Shown piece by piece: positions 20,311 through 30,986 of a DNA stretch of 64,000 nt. Below the pieces are notes generated by a model that did not search any database, was not told the origin of the DNA, and saw nothing but the letters and a program-made list of their open reading frames with translations. Positions within the stretch are counted from its first letter, which is position 1; each line of letters starts with the position of its first letter. This DNA comes from an uncultured Gemmatimonadales bacterium (GTDB lineage Bacteria; Gemmatimonadota; Gemmatimonadetes; Gemmatimonadales; Gemmatimonadaceae): NCBI GenBank assembly GCA_963701965.1, contig OY969695.1, forward strand, positions 1,024,001-1,088,000. The letters run 5' to 3'. The position numbers were made by a program, and so were the translations under genes.

Positions 20311-21112
20311 TTATCCGTGCCGAATCCACGTCGGGATCTTCGCCAGGAGGACGCGCAAATTGAGGGGCTTCACGATGTAGTCGAGCGCGCCGTTGGTGAG
20401 GGCGCGGACTTGCTCGGATTCGCCGCTGTGCACCGTCTGGAACACGACGCCGAACACACCGGGGCGCTGCACGCGCAAACGCTCGTGCAACGAGTGGCCA
20501 TCAATGCCGGGCAGGTCGACGTCCAACAGGATCAACGGGCGGCGGCCGTCGGCGGGCACCGGCATGGCGAGTAGTGCATCCAGCGCTTGCGGCCCCGTGC
20601 TGTAGGCGCACGTCGTGAACCCACCGGACCGGAGCGCGTACAAGAGCATCTCCTGCAGCGGGCCGTCGTCCTCGATCACGATCACGTCCGGCACGTCGGC
20701 AGTCGGCTCCGACGCCAGCGCTTCGAGGACCGCCACCGGCTTGGGTGCCGGCGTGGTGGGCTCGCCGCCCGGTTCTTCCACGGCAATGGCCAGCACTTCC
20801 GCGAACTCGGCGATCATCGCGCTCCGTTCGTCGCGATCGAGGGTGTGGTCGTCGGCCCAACGCACGGCGCGCTCCTCCAGCTTCCCGGCGAGAATGGCTC
20901 GCTTCCCGAAACCCGTAGCTCCCCGCGGTCCCGTGGACGCGGTGCAGCTCGCGCCGCAGGGCATCGACGACTTCGGGGGCATCGGGGCTCGTGGCGAGTT
21001 GCCCGGCCAACGCCCGGAACGCTTCGCACGTACGCATCGTGGACGAGCGGAACCGCTCGCGCAGCGCGCGCATCACCTCGGGCGACAAAGTTGGCTTTGG
21101 AGCGTCGTTCAT
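20311..21112 (-). CDS. Hpt + receiver domain protein, +1 frameshift near 20893-20894
   Basis: LHRVHGTAGSYGF Hpt motif in one frame; LAGKLEE..VIEDD..LLDVDLP..YIVKP receiver in the next frame. Confidence 0.82.
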
Positions 21113-21207
21113 GAGGACCCTGGGTTGCGCCGTCAGCACGGAGCTCGTCTCAGGGCAAGACGTACCCCATGGGTCGCTCGTCACGCTTCTGCTAAGGTAG
21201 TCAGCCT

Positions 21208-21573
21208 ATGCGTCTCCTCTGCGCCGACAATGAAGCGGACATCCGCACGATTCTGGAGCTGGCGCTCGGGCTCGACCCGGAGTTCCAGGTCGAGATCGTC
21301 GAGTCCGGCCAGGACGCCCTCACCCGGGCCAAGGAATCGCGGTTCGACGCGATCTTGCTCGACGGCATGATGCCGGGGTTGGATGGGTATGAGACCTGCC
21401 GCCGCCTCAAGGCCGACGCGTCGACGGCCGACGTGCCGGTCCTGTTCCTGACCGCCAAAACCCAGCGCGACGAAGTCGCGCGCGCGCTCGAGATCGGCGC
21501 CGTGGCCTGTCTCACGAAGCCGTTCGACCCGCTCACGATCGCCGCCGAAGTCCGGCGGGCCTTGGGCGTTTAG
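21208..21573 (+). CDS. Single-domain response regulator (CheY-like)
   Basis: LLCADNE, LLDGMMPGLDG, FLTAK, TKPF. Confidence 0.92.
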   Translation: MRLLCADNEADIRTILELALGLDPEFQVEIVESGQDALTRAKESRFDAILLDGMMPGLDGYETCRRLKADASTADVPVLFLTAKTQRDEVARALEIGAVACLTKPFDPLTIAAEVRRALGV

Positions 21574-23006
21574 GGTATCAGCTTGGCCGTGACGGCCAGC
21601 GCGTAGCCGCGATAGCCGGCCGCTTCACTCGCGGATACCGCGTAGGGAGAAGCCGCCACGGTATAGCCGGCCGACAGGCCGCACTCGACGCCGGGCATGA
21701 ACCGGTAGGTCAGTGATCCCGCGACGCGCTCCGCCGGCTTCACGGACCCCGGCTTGCCGAAAGCGGCAATCCGTTGGGCACCCACGCCGATCTCGGCCAA
21801 CGCGTTGAGACCATGATCGCGCGCCGTGGCCGCGCGAACGACGCCCTCGGTCAGGATGAAGCTCGCGGGTACGAAGTACCCGTCCGTGGAGTCGGGCCGC
21901 AGATAGCCGTAGCCGTGCGTGCCCGCCCCGACGGAGACGATGCGCCACGTGGGGGACCACACGTACATCGAGCCTTCCATCCGCTCGTTGGGCCGAGTGC
22001 CGCCACTCAGACCGACGTAGGCCGCCTGGGCGTCGGCGTGCACGCCGGCGGGCAAGATCACCGTCGCCTCGGCGTCGGTGGCCGTTTGCATGATTCCGTG
22101 GGCGATCAGGGCCGCGGTCTCGTCGTACGCGTCGCGCCACAGGCCGGCCGTCAGGGTCGATGCCCCCACGCGCACCGACGCGTGGGCGGCGCCGACCGCC
22201 GTGACCAGATCGTGGGTCAGCGGCACACCGGGGGCCGTTCCGCGGACGTCGATGAATCCCGCCTCGCCGCGGAGCGTGATGATCTCGCCGAGCGAAGACC
22301 AACCGGCGCCGAGTCGCGCCCCAAACGCGCTGCCCGTCGCGGCGAGCCCGGTCGCCGCGACATACGTGCTGGCGAACGTCCAGCGACCCCAGGGCGCCGG
22401 CGCGTCGCCAGCCACGGTGCCAGCCACGCTGGTGTTATGCTCATTGTCTCCGGCGGTCGTGACCGCGGGCCGCAAGGATGCGGAGAGCACCGGGCGCAGG
22501 GTGGCCATGGCGGCACGGGCATCGGGATCGTCGGGATGGGCGGCGATGGCGCGTTCAAGAGCGGCCCGCGCTTCGCGCGGCCGCCCCTCCCACTGGAGGA
22601 TCTGCGCGAGGCCGGTGTACGCCTCGGCATCGGTCGTGTCGCGCGCGACCACGGACCGATAGAGCGAGTCGCTCTCGGCGAGGCGCCCGCGCCAGGCCAC
22701 AACGCGCGCCAGACCTTTCACGGCGTCCGGCCCGGCGCCCGAGTCGATGAGTCCCCGATAGTCTGATTCCGACTCGGCCAGACGGCCGCTCCAGGCCACG
22801 GTCAGGGCGCGACTGATGGCGGCGTCCCAATTCCGGGGATCGGCGGCCAGCACGGAGTCGTACAGGACGATCGCCGCGGCGTAGTGCGCCGACAAGGCGA
22901 GCGCGTGCGCGCGCGCCTCGCGGGTCGGGGCTTGCGCCATGACCGCCGGCGCGCCGACGCACAGGATGAGGGCCGCGCCGAGCGCGGTACGACAGGAACC
23001 TCTCAC
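21570..23006 (-). CDS. Secreted TPR protein with C-terminal putative outer-membrane beta-barrel
   Basis: Signal peptide; repeats A..xAW.GRLAES...YR; C-terminal alternating beta-strands with aromatic residues (DGYFVP). Confidence 0.8.
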   Translation of the reverse strand: MRGSCRTALGAALILCVGAPAVMAQAPTREARAHALALSAHYAAAIVLYDSVLAADPRNWDAAISRALTVAWSGRLAESESDYRGLIDSGAGPDAVKGLARVVAWRGRLAESDSLYRSVVARDTTDAEAYTGLAQILQWEGRPREARAALERAIAAHPDDPDARAAMATLRPVLSASLRPAVTTAGDNEHNTSVAGTVAGDAPAPWGRWTFASTYVAATGLAATGSAFGARLGAGWSSLGEIITLRGEAGFIDVRGTAPGVPLTHDLVTAVGAAHASVRVGASTLTAGLWRDAYDETAALIAHGIMQTATDAEATVILPAGVHADAQAAYVGLSGGTRPNERMEGSMYVWSPTWRIVSVGAGTHGYGYLRPDSTDGYFVPASFILTEGVVRAATARDHGLNALAEIGVGAQRIAAFGKPGSVKPAERVAGSLTYRFMPGVECGLSAGYTVAASPYAVSASEAAGYRGYALAVTAKLIP

Positions 23007-23051
23007 GGGAACTAGACGCCACGGCGAAAGCCCGTGTCACGTGAGAGCCTT

Positions 23052-23231
23052 CTAATGTTCGCTCGCGATCGCCCGGCCACGGGCCTCGGCCAGTTTCCTG
23101 GCCAGCCCGCGATAGAATGCGGCGTCTTCCGGTCGGCCTTCGGATTCCAGGCGGCCCGCCGCCAGCTCCAACGCGTACAGCAGGTTGCCGAGATAGAGGT
23201 CGGCGATCGCGCCGACCGTCTCGTCAGCCAT
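23052..23231 (-). CDS. Small hypothetical helical protein (59 aa)
   Basis: ATG overlaps the 3' end of the phosphatase gene; natural composition (MADETVGAIADLYLGNLLYALE..). Confidence 0.65.
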   Translation of the reverse strand: MADETVGAIADLYLGNLLYALELAAGRLESEGRPEDAAFYRGLARKLAEARGRAIASEH

Positions 23232-24030
23232 TCGGCCTGTCGGCCGGCCGGTAGACGGGGTTCTCGGCCGTCGCGGCCTCGAGGCGCGGGTCATCCAAGG
23301 CCGTCACCTGCACGACGACCGCCGTGATGTTGTCGAGGCCTCCGCGGCGGTTGGCCTCGCCGATGAGGGCGTCGACGAGCCGACCCGGCGAATGGCGCGA
23401 CAGCATCAGCCGCTGCAGATGCGAGTCCTCCAGCATACCGGTGAGCCCGTCGCTGGCCACCAGGAAGATGTCGCCGACGGCCAACTCCCCGGCGTAGACG
23501 TCCGGCTCCACCTCGGGGCTCGCGCCGACGCAGCGGGTGATGACATTGCTGTACGGATGATAGCGCGCCTGCTCGGGCGTGATATACCCGGCGTCGACCT
23601 GCTCCTGCACGTACGAATGGTCCTTGGTGAGCTGCTCGAGGACCCCGTTGCGCACACGATAGATCCGCGAGTCGCCGACCTGCCCGATGAGATACCGGTT
23701 CCGACTGAGCACGAGCACCGACGCCGTCGTGCCCATGCCCTGTTTGTCGACCTCGGCGATCGTGCGATCGAAGATCGCGCGATTCGCATCCTGGAGGGCG
23801 CCGCGCAGGGATTCGCTCGCCTCGCTGTTCGTGATGTCCGTCAGCGGCGCGATGTCCCGCGTGACGATCTGCACCGCCATCGCGCTCGCCACCTCGCCGG
23901 CGGCGTGGCCACCCATCCCGTCAGCGACCATGAATACGCCGCGGTAGGGGTTGGCCTCGGCGTACATGCTGTCCTCGTTGCCGACGCGGACCATGCCGAC
24001 GTCGGTGCGGCACGCATACGTGAGCTGCAC
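23224..24030 (-). CDS. PP2C-family Ser/Thr protein phosphatase (Stp1/PrpC-like)
   Basis: TDVG.VR..NED, VADGMGGH, MGTT, VGDSR, SDGL, GGLDNIT; GTG overlaps the upstream TAG. Confidence 0.95.
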   Translation of the reverse strand: MQLTYACRTDVGMVRVGNEDSMYAEANPYRGVFMVADGMGGHAAGEVASAMAVQIVTRDIAPLTDITNSEASESLRGALQDANRAIFDRTIAEVDKQGMGTTASVLVLSRNRYLIGQVGDSRIYRVRNGVLEQLTKDHSYVQEQVDAGYITPEQARYHPYSNVITRCVGASPEVEPDVYAGELAVGDIFLVASDGLTGMLEDSHLQRLMLSRHSPGRLVDALIGEANRRGGLDNITAVVVQVTALDDPRLEAATAENPVYRPADRPNG

Positions 24031-25349
24031 TAGCGCATCCGGAGGACGAAGACGGCGGCGGCGGCGACGAGAGCCAGGGCGACGAGCCATGCCCACCATG
24101 GAACGCCCCCCTTCGCCGGGATTGGCACCGGCGCGGACGCGGGACGCGGACGGGGTGCGGCCGCCGTGGCGGCGGCTGGCGCTGCGCCTTGCGCCGCGGC
24201 GCGCTTGATGACGTCGGCGTTGATCTGTCGCGTGCCGCCGCGCGGATCGGTCGGTTGCTCCACGGCGTTGGCCCGGAAGAGGAGCGGCACGCCGCCGAAA
24301 CGCAGATCCGCGTCCGCCGGCAACCGCTCCTCGGTCGTGATGCGCCGTCCCCCGAGGTGCGTGCCGTTCGTCGAGCCGAGGTCGGTCACGTACCAGACGC
24401 CTTCGCGCCGCTGGAGCTTGGCGTGGGAGTCCGACACGCTCTCCTCGGCAATGATCACGTCGTTGTGGGGTCCGCGGCCGACATGGGCGAGGACCGACGA
24501 GACGGCGTAGACCTGACCCCGGAGCGGGCTCGATCCCACGACTTCCATGGTCGCCAACGGCGGACGCCCGCCAACGGGCATCGCGGTCGTCGGGACAATC
24601 GGCGCGGGAGCCGGAGTCGCCGCCGGGGCGGGAGCCGCCGCCGGCGCGGCCGCGACCGCCGCGACGGCAGCGACGGGCGCCGGCGCCACGGGCTCGGCGA
24701 TGTCGGCATAGAACCGGAACTCTTCGCTGCCGATTTTGAGGACGTCACCGCGGCCGAGGACCTGCATGGCGTCCACGCGCTGGCCATTCACGTAGATGCC
24801 GTTCGTGCTGGTGTCGCTCAGGACGTAGCCCACGTCACCCGGCGCGATCTCGGCGTGGCGCCGGGATACTTCGGAGGACGCGATGACGACGTCGCATCCC
24901 GCGTCGCGTCCAAAGGAGATGCCGGCCGGCGTCACCGCGTACTCGCGGCCGTCCACCAATGAGATCACGCGTCCCCCGGTCGCCAACGTGGCCTTGCCGG
25001 GCGGAGGCGCGCGGAGTTTTTGAAAGTCGGGGAGATTGACACTGGCGATGAACTGGGTGCTGCCCCCTTTGCGATCGTCGCCGTAGAAGAGCTCCGCGTC
25101 GCCAATCTCGATCTTGTCGCCGTGGATCAGGGGCGTTGGTTCGGCGCCAAGCTGGACCCCGTTGACTTTGACTACCGCGCCCGGCGAGGCGCGCCGGATG
25201 GAGACCAGGCTGTCGCGCGACAGGTCGACAACCGCCTGTGTGGACGGCCCCCCCGCCCCCGGTGCGATGACATCAGCTTCCGCGCCACCTATGCGCGTCT
25301 CCCCCACCCGGAGGGCGTACTGCTTGTCATTGAGTTGGAGGTAGGGCAT
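24030..25349 (-). CDS. Multi-FHA-domain protein with C-terminal TM anchor
   Basis: FHA motifs GR..SRRHA..STNG and GR..SDSHA..STNGT plus a degenerate N-terminal FHA; Pro/Ala linkers; C-terminal hydrophobic helix. Confidence 0.9.
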   Translation of the reverse strand: MPYLQLNDKQYALRVGETRIGGAEADVIAPGAGGPSTQAVVDLSRDSLVSIRRASPGAVVKVNGVQLGAEPTPLIHGDKIEIGDAELFYGDDRKGGSTQFIASVNLPDFQKLRAPPPGKATLATGGRVISLVDGREYAVTPAGISFGRDAGCDVVIASSEVSRRHAEIAPGDVGYVLSDTSTNGIYVNGQRVDAMQVLGRGDVLKIGSEEFRFYADIAEPVAPAPVAAVAAVAAAPAAAPAPAATPAPAPIVPTTAMPVGGRPPLATMEVVGSSPLRGQVYAVSSVLAHVGRGPHNDVIIAEESVSDSHAKLQRREGVWYVTDLGSTNGTHLGGRRITTEERLPADADLRFGGVPLLFRANAVEQPTDPRGGTRQINADVIKRAAAQGAAPAAATAAAPRPRPASAPVPIPAKGGVPWWAWLVALALVAAAAVFVLRMR

Positions 25350-25408
25350 TAATGCGAGAGAAGGTATGGGCACCCGCCGAGGCTGGCAAGCATCGATGCC
25401 GGGCTCAG

Positions 25409-27241
25409 TTAGATGTCAGATGCGACAACCCGGTCCCGCGCAACACCGCCGCTGGCGTCATCCCCTATTTGCAAACGATAGAGTCTCTGATACAAGCCGT
25501 CCTGATCCAGTAGCTCACGGTGCGTGCCGCGTTCGCGGATTTCCCCGTGATGCATGACAAGGATCTCGTCGGCGCCGATGATCGTGCTCAGCCGATGGGC
25601 GACCGCGATCGTCGTTCGTCCCTGCATGAGCACGGCCAGGGCGCGCTGGATCTCGGCCTCGATCTCGCTGTCCACCGCGCTGGTCGCTTCGTCGAGCAGT
25701 AGCAACGCCGGGTCGGCGGCGATGGCCCTGGCGAATGACAGGAGTTGGCGTTCGCCGACACTGATCGACGCCCCCCGCTCGCCGAGTTGCTGCGACCACC
25801 GGCCGGGGAGCCGCTCAATGACGCGGTCCGCACCGACGCGCGCGGCGGCGCGCTGCACATCGTGGTCGGGCACCGTGCTCGACAGCCGGATGTTCGTCAT
25901 CACATCGCCGGCAAACAGAAAGATGTCCTGCTGCACATACCCAATGCGGGCGCGGAGGTCGGCGATCGGCATCTCACGGATGTCGACGCCGTCCACGAGG
26001 ATCCGGCCGCGTTGCGGATCGTAGAATCGCATGAGCAGGCTCACCACGGTCGTCTTCCCCGCCCCGGTATGTCCGACCAGGGCGATCGTCTGGCCGGGGG
26101 CCGCGCGAAAGGTGACCCCTTTGAGAACCCACGGGCTCGCGTCAGGGTCACCATACGCAAACCATACATCCTGAAACTCAACCGTCACGCCCGACTCGCG
26201 GCGCGGGACCGCCACCGTGCCGCCAGTGCGGCCTTCCGGCTCGTCCAACAGCTTGAAGATCCGCTCCGACGACGCCATGGCCTGCTGCAGGGTGTTGTAC
26301 TTGTCGGACAGATCCTGCAGCGGCTGAAAGAACCGGCGCACCAGTTGGAGAAACGCCGCGACCGTGCCGACGGTGAGCGTCGTCGCCCGCACGCGGCCCG
26401 CGCCGGCGACGAGCAGGCTGGCCAGCGCCACGGATGTCAAGATTTCGATCGCGGGAAAATAGAGGGCGTAGATCGTGATCGACTTGAGATTGGCCGTCAG
26501 GTAGCCGCGATTGAGCTCCTCGAACCGGCCGGCCTCGGACGCCTCCTGCCCGAACAACTGGACGATGCGCATGCCGGTGAGGCGTTCCTGGAGGAACGCA
26601 TTGATCCGGGCCAAACGCGTCCGGAGGTCGCGGTAGGATTGCCGGACCTTGATGCGGAAAATGTTCGACGTCAGCCAGATGAGCGGGATGACCGCGAAGG
26701 CCGCCAACGCCAGCCGCCAGTCGTCGGCGATCATGGCCACGGCGATGGCCAGCAGGGTGAACAGGTCACCGAGGCCGGACACCACCCCGGCGGTGAAGAG
26801 CTCGTTCAGCGCTTCGACGTCGGACGTCACCCGCGTCACGAGCCGGCCCACCGGGTTTCGATCGAAGAACGCCACCGGCAATGCCTGGACATGGGCAAAA
26901 AGCCGGAGGCGGAGATCGCGCATGACCCGCTGGCCGAGAAGGCTGGTGAGGAGCGTCTCGCCGTAGGAGCAGCCGAATTGGGCGGCCAGGGCGACGATGT
27001 AGAGTAGCGCCGCCGTCCGGATGATCCCGCCATCGTGCCGCGGAATGGCGACGTCGATCACCCGCTTGGTCAGCGCGGGCCCGACGAGCTGGAGGCTCCC
27101 TTCGGCGAACAGGAGAACGATGGCGCCAACCACAAGAGGGGTGTACGGTCGCGCATACGCCAAAAGGCGCCGCATCAGCCGCCCATCGTACGCCTTCCCG
27201 AGCGCATCCTCCTCGTGAATGCCGGTCGCCTCTCCAGCCAT
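25409..27241 (-). CDS. ABC exporter, fused permease + ATPase (MdlB-like)
   Basis: GHTGAGKT, SVGERQ, LLLDEATS, AHRLST; N-terminal TM domain. Confidence 0.95.
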   Translation of the reverse strand: MAGEATGIHEEDALGKAYDGRLMRRLLAYARPYTPLVVGAIVLLFAEGSLQLVGPALTKRVIDVAIPRHDGGIIRTAALLYIVALAAQFGCSYGETLLTSLLGQRVMRDLRLRLFAHVQALPVAFFDRNPVGRLVTRVTSDVEALNELFTAGVVSGLGDLFTLLAIAVAMIADDWRLALAAFAVIPLIWLTSNIFRIKVRQSYRDLRTRLARINAFLQERLTGMRIVQLFGQEASEAGRFEELNRGYLTANLKSITIYALYFPAIEILTSVALASLLVAGAGRVRATTLTVGTVAAFLQLVRRFFQPLQDLSDKYNTLQQAMASSERIFKLLDEPEGRTGGTVAVPRRESGVTVEFQDVWFAYGDPDASPWVLKGVTFRAAPGQTIALVGHTGAGKTTVVSLLMRFYDPQRGRILVDGVDIREMPIADLRARIGYVQQDIFLFAGDVMTNIRLSSTVPDHDVQRAAARVGADRVIERLPGRWSQQLGERGASISVGERQLLSFARAIAADPALLLLDEATSAVDSEIEAEIQRALAVLMQGRTTIAVAHRLSTIIGADEILVMHHGEIRERGTHRELLDQDGLYQRLYRLQIGDDASGGVARDRVVASDI

Positions 27242-27268
27242 CCGCTAAAAACTAGTATTATCCACGGC

Positions 27269-27547
27269 GTGCCGCTCTGGCTCCATTGGGTCATCTTGGG
27301 ATTCGTCGCCGGCGCGCTGGCGAAATTTCTCGTGCCGGGTCGCGACCCGGCCGGTTGCATCGTCACGACGGGACTCGGCATTCTCGGCGCGTTCATCGGA
27401 GGATTGATTGGCGCGCGCTTGGGCTGGGGCACGGTGACGGCCGATCACTTTCACCCGCGATCGCTCGCGTTGGCGACGCTGGGCGCGATCGTCGTCTTGG
27501 TGCTGGGGCGCATCGTGTTCGGGGGCCGCGGCAACGCGAAGAGCTAA
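27269..27547 (+). CDS. GlsB/YeaQ/YmgE (transglycosylase-associated) membrane protein
   Basis: WVILGFVAGALAKFLVPG..GILGAFIGG..ATLGAIVVL. Confidence 0.9.
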   Translation: MPLWLHWVILGFVAGALAKFLVPGRDPAGCIVTTGLGILGAFIGGLIGARLGWGTVTADHFHPRSLALATLGAIVVLVLGRIVFGGRGNAKS

Positions 27548-27589
27548 GCCCGACTCGGGATCTCTTCGGGGGCACGCTATCTTTCGGCC

Positions 27590-30451
27590 GTGAAGGACCG
27601 GCTGATCGTCCGCGGCGCCCGCCAGCATAACCTCAAGAACGTGAGCCTGGAGATTCCCCGGCGCGCGTTCACGGTGATCACGGGACCGTCGGGCTCGGGA
27701 AAATCGTCCCTGGCGTTCGATACCATCTACGCCGAGGGACAGCGGCGCTACGTCGAATCCTTGTCGGCGTACGCGCGACAGTTTCTCGAGCGCATGGAGA
27801 AACCCGACGTCGACGCGGTCGAGGGACTCTCCCCCGCGGTAGCGATCGAGCAGAAGAATCCCACCAAGACGTCGCGCTCCACGGTCGGGACGGCGACTGA
27901 GATCTACGATTACCTGCGCCTCCTCTGGGCCCGCGTCGGGCACACGTTCTGCCGGCAGTGCGGCCGCGAGCTCCGTCCGGCTACGGTGCAGTCGGTGACC
28001 GACGCGGTCCTGGCGCTGCCCGACACCACCCGCTTCGCGGTGGCGTTTCCCCTGCGCGTGTCGGACGCCGTGTCCCACGCCGTCGTCCTCGAGAACCTGC
28101 AAGCCAGCGGGTTCGTCCGCGTCAGCGTCAGCGGAACGACGCGCACGCTCGACGAGCTGGGCGCCGCCGGCATCGATCTCACGACGGCGACCGACCCGCT
28201 GGTGATCGTCGATCGTCTGGTCGTGTCCCCGGGCGTGGCGTCGCGCTTGGCGGACGCGGTGGGCACGGCGTTCCGGGAAGGCGATGGGGATTGCGTGATC
28301 GTGCTCGCCGATCGCGAGCTCCGGTTCACCGAACGGTTTCAGTGTCCAAATGATGGGACGATCGCGCCCGAGCCCACGCCGCAGCTCTTTTCATTCAACA
28401 ACCCGCGTGGCGCCTGCCCCACGTGCAACGGCTTCGGGGCGGTGCTGGAGTATGACCAGTCGCTCATCGTGCCCAACCCCGCCCTTTCCTTGAGCGACGG
28501 GGCGATCGACCCGTGGGAAAAGCCGCGCTACGACTCGACGCGCCGCACGCTCGCCGACTACGCGCGGCGCGAGAAGATCCCGCTCAACGTCCCGTGGCGT
28601 GACCTGCGCGAAGACCAACGCCACACGTTGCTCCATGCGCCTATCGGCGGGCGCACGAAGCCGTACGTCGGGATCTTTCCGTTTCTCAAGCGGCTCGAGG
28701 CCAAGCGCTACAAGCAGTACATCCGGGTCTTTCTGCGCCAATATCAGTCGGCGCAGGTCTGCCCGTCCTGTCAGGGCGCCAAGCTGCAGCCGGACGCACT
28801 GCACGTGCGCATCGCCGACCGGACGATCGCCGAGGTGGCGGAGCTACCCGTCGACGCGCTTTTGCCGTGGCTCCACGACTTGCCGTTGTCGCCGTTCGAG
28901 CAGGATGTCGCCACGACGCTGCTCCGCGAAGCGCGCGAACGCGTCCGGTTTCTCGTCGACGTCGGGCTGGGATACCTGTCGCTGCATCGGGCGACGCGCA
29001 CGTTGTCCGGGGGCGAAGCGCAACGCATCGCGCTGGCCAACTCGCTGGGCGCGCGACTGGTGGACACGTTGTACGTGCTCGACGAGCCGTCGATCGGCCT
29101 GCACCCGCGGGACATCGACCGGTTGCTCCGCCTGCTGACGCGCCTGCGCGACGCCGGGAACACCGTGCTCGTGGTCGAGCACGATCTGGAAGCCGTGCGG
29201 CGCGCCGACTACATGGTGGAGCTGGGCCCCGGGAGCGGAGAGGCCGGCGGCCACATCGTGTTCGCCGGCCCGATCGCGCGGGCGGCCGAGAGTCCGCTCA
29301 CCGGCGAGTATCTCACGGGGGCGCGGGAGATTCCCCTGCCCGAGGAGCGCCGGCCCGTCGGTCCGCCGTGGCTCACGTTGACCGGCGCGCGTGAACACAA
29401 TGTGTTGGGCGTCGACGTGCGGATCCCCATCGGCGCCATGACCGTCGTGACGGGCGTGTCGGGCTCGGGCAAGAGCACGCTGGTGCACGACATCCTGTAT
29501 CGCGCGCTGGAGACCCGTCTCCGGGGCGACAGTTCGGCCAAGCGCCATCTGGGCGAGGCGGTGGGCACGTACACGTCGCTGACCGGCAGCGAGGCCTTCG
29601 ACGATGTCGTGCTGATCGATCAGGAGCCGATCGGGCGGACGCCGCGCTCCAATCCGGTCACATACATCAAGGCCTACGACGAGATCCGCCGCTTGTTCGC
29701 CGAGACCCCCACGGCGCGCGAGCGGCGCTATACGCCGGGCATCTTCAGCTTCAACGTGCCGGGCGGACGCTGCGAGACGTGCGAAGGCGCCGGTTACATC
29801 GAAGTCGAGATGGTGTTCATGGCCGACGTGTTCGTGCCGTGCGACGTCTGCGGCGGTCGGCGGTTTCGCTCCGACGTGCTCGATGTGACGGTGAAGGGCA
29901 AGAACATCGCGCAGGTGCTCGATCTCACGGTCGAGCAGGCAGTACGCCTCTTCCGCGGCGAGGACCGTCTGACGTCGGCGCTCTGGCAGCTCCAGCGCGT
30001 CGGGCTCGGCTACCTCAAGCTCGGCCAACCGGCGACGACGCTGTCCGGCGGGGAGGCGCAGCGCATCAAGATCGCGCGCGAGTTGACCGCCTCGGCCCGG
30101 TCTGTTGGCCGCAAGCTCTACATCATGGACGAGCCGACGACCGGGTTGCACTTGGAGGACATTCGGAAGCTCGCCGGCGTCCTCGACCGGCTGGTGGATC
30201 AGGGGCATACGCTGGTGTTGATCGAGCACAACCTCGACGTCATCAAGCTCGCGGACTGGGTCATCGATCTTGGGCCCGACGCGGGGATGCAGGGCGGCCG
30301 CGTGGTCGCCATGGGGCGCCCGGAGGACGTCGCCAAGGTCAATGCGTCGCACACCGGCGTGTGGTTGCGGACGGTGCTGCCGACACCTGCCCTCTCGACG
30401 AAACGCGGCGCCGAGTACACTGTTGTGCCATGTATATCGGACCCGAAATAG
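27590..30451 (+). CDS. uvrA: Excinuclease ABC subunit A
   Basis: [23 protein letters not shown], two LSGGEAQR, zinc fingers, DEPTTGLH. Confidence 0.95.
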   Translation: MKDRLIVRGARQHNLKNVSLEIPRRAFTVITGPSGSGKSSLAFDTIYAEGQRRYVESLSAYARQFLERMEKPDVDAVEGLSPAVAIEQKNPTKTSRSTVGTATEIYDYLRLLWARVGHTFCRQCGRELRPATVQSVTDAVLALPDTTRFAVAFPLRVSDAVSHAVVLENLQASGFVRVSVSGTTRTLDELGAAGIDLTTATDPLVIVDRLVVSPGVASRLADAVGTAFREGDGDCVIVLADRELRFTERFQCPNDGTIAPEPTPQLFSFNNPRGACPTCNGFGAVLEYDQSLIVPNPALSLSDGAIDPWEKPRYDSTRRTLADYARREKIPLNVPWRDLREDQRHTLLHAPIGGRTKPYVGIFPFLKRLEAKRYKQYIRVFLRQYQSAQVCPSCQGAKLQPDALHVRIADRTIAEVAELPVDALLPWLHDLPLSPFEQDVATTLLREARERVRFLVDVGLGYLSLHRATRTLSGGEAQRIALANSLGARLVDTLYVLDEPSIGLHPRDIDRLLRLLTRLRDAGNTVLVVEHDLEAVRRADYMVELGPGSGEAGGHIVFAGPIARAAESPLTGEYLTGAREIPLPEERRPVGPPWLTLTGAREHNVLGVDVRIPIGAMTVVTGVSGSGKSTLVHDILYRALETRLRGDSSAKRHLGEAVGTYTSLTGSEAFDDVVLIDQEPIGRTPRSNPVTYIKAYDEIRRLFAETPTARERRYTPGIFSFNVPGGRCETCEGAGYIEVEMVFMADVFVPCDVCGGRRFRSDVLDVTVKGKNIAQVLDLTVEQAVRLFRGEDRLTSALWQLQRVGLGYLKLGQPATTLSGGEAQRIKIARELTASARSVGRKLYIMDEPTTGLHLEDIRKLAGVLDRLVDQGHTLVLIEHNLDVIKLADWVIDLGPDAGMQGGRVVAMGRPEDVAKVNASHTGVWLRTVLPTPALSTKRGAEYTVVPCISDPK

Positions 30452-30699
30452 TCGTACCGGTGGCCGGGCTCGTCACGCTGACGAGCATCGTGCTGGGTTC
30501 CAAGTGGATCGGCTATAAGCGGATGACCGGTGGCGCGGCACCGGGTTCGCTGGACGCGTTGGAGAAACGGCTGGCGCGGGTCGAGGTGGCCCTGGATGAC
30601 CTGACGACCGAAATCGGCCGGGTCGGTGAGGGACAGCAGTTCTTGACCAAAGTCTTGGCCGACCGCGTCGGGTCGCCGGCGCTGCCGCCGAAACAGTGA
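30430..30699 (+). CDS. TM-coiled-coil microprotein, paralog 1 of 4
   Basis: N-terminal TM then LEKRLARVEVALDDLTTEIGRVGEGQQFLTKVLADR. Confidence 0.85.
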   Translation: MYIGPEIVVPVAGLVTLTSIVLGSKWIGYKRMTGGAAPGSLDALEKRLARVEVALDDLTTEIGRVGEGQQFLTKVLADRVGSPALPPKQ

Positions 30700-30725
30700 T
30701 GCCCTGCATTCCGTAGGATTTAGTA

Positions 30726-30986
30726 ATGCCGGACTCCGTCTTTATCATCGTCATCGTATCGATCGCCGCCGTCTCGAGCTGGGTCCTGATGGCAATCTGG
30801 CGCGGCGGCGGGCGGAAGCAATCGAAGAACTCGCTGGACGCGGTCGAAAAGCGGCTGGCACGCCTCGAGGTGGCGATCGACGATATGGCAACGGAGTTGG
30901 GCCGCGTGACCGAAGGCCAGCGATTCCTTACGCAGGCGCTGGGTGAACGACCTGCTATCCCCGTGATTCGGGAGACCGTACGATGA
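30726..30986 (+). CDS. TM-coiled-coil microprotein, paralog 2 of 4
   Basis: TM then VEKRLARLEVAIDDMATELGRVTEGQRFLTQALGER. Confidence 0.88.
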   Translation: MPDSVFIIVIVSIAAVSSWVLMAIWRGGGRKQSKNSLDAVEKRLARLEVAIDDMATELGRVTEGQRFLTQALGERPAIPVIRETVR

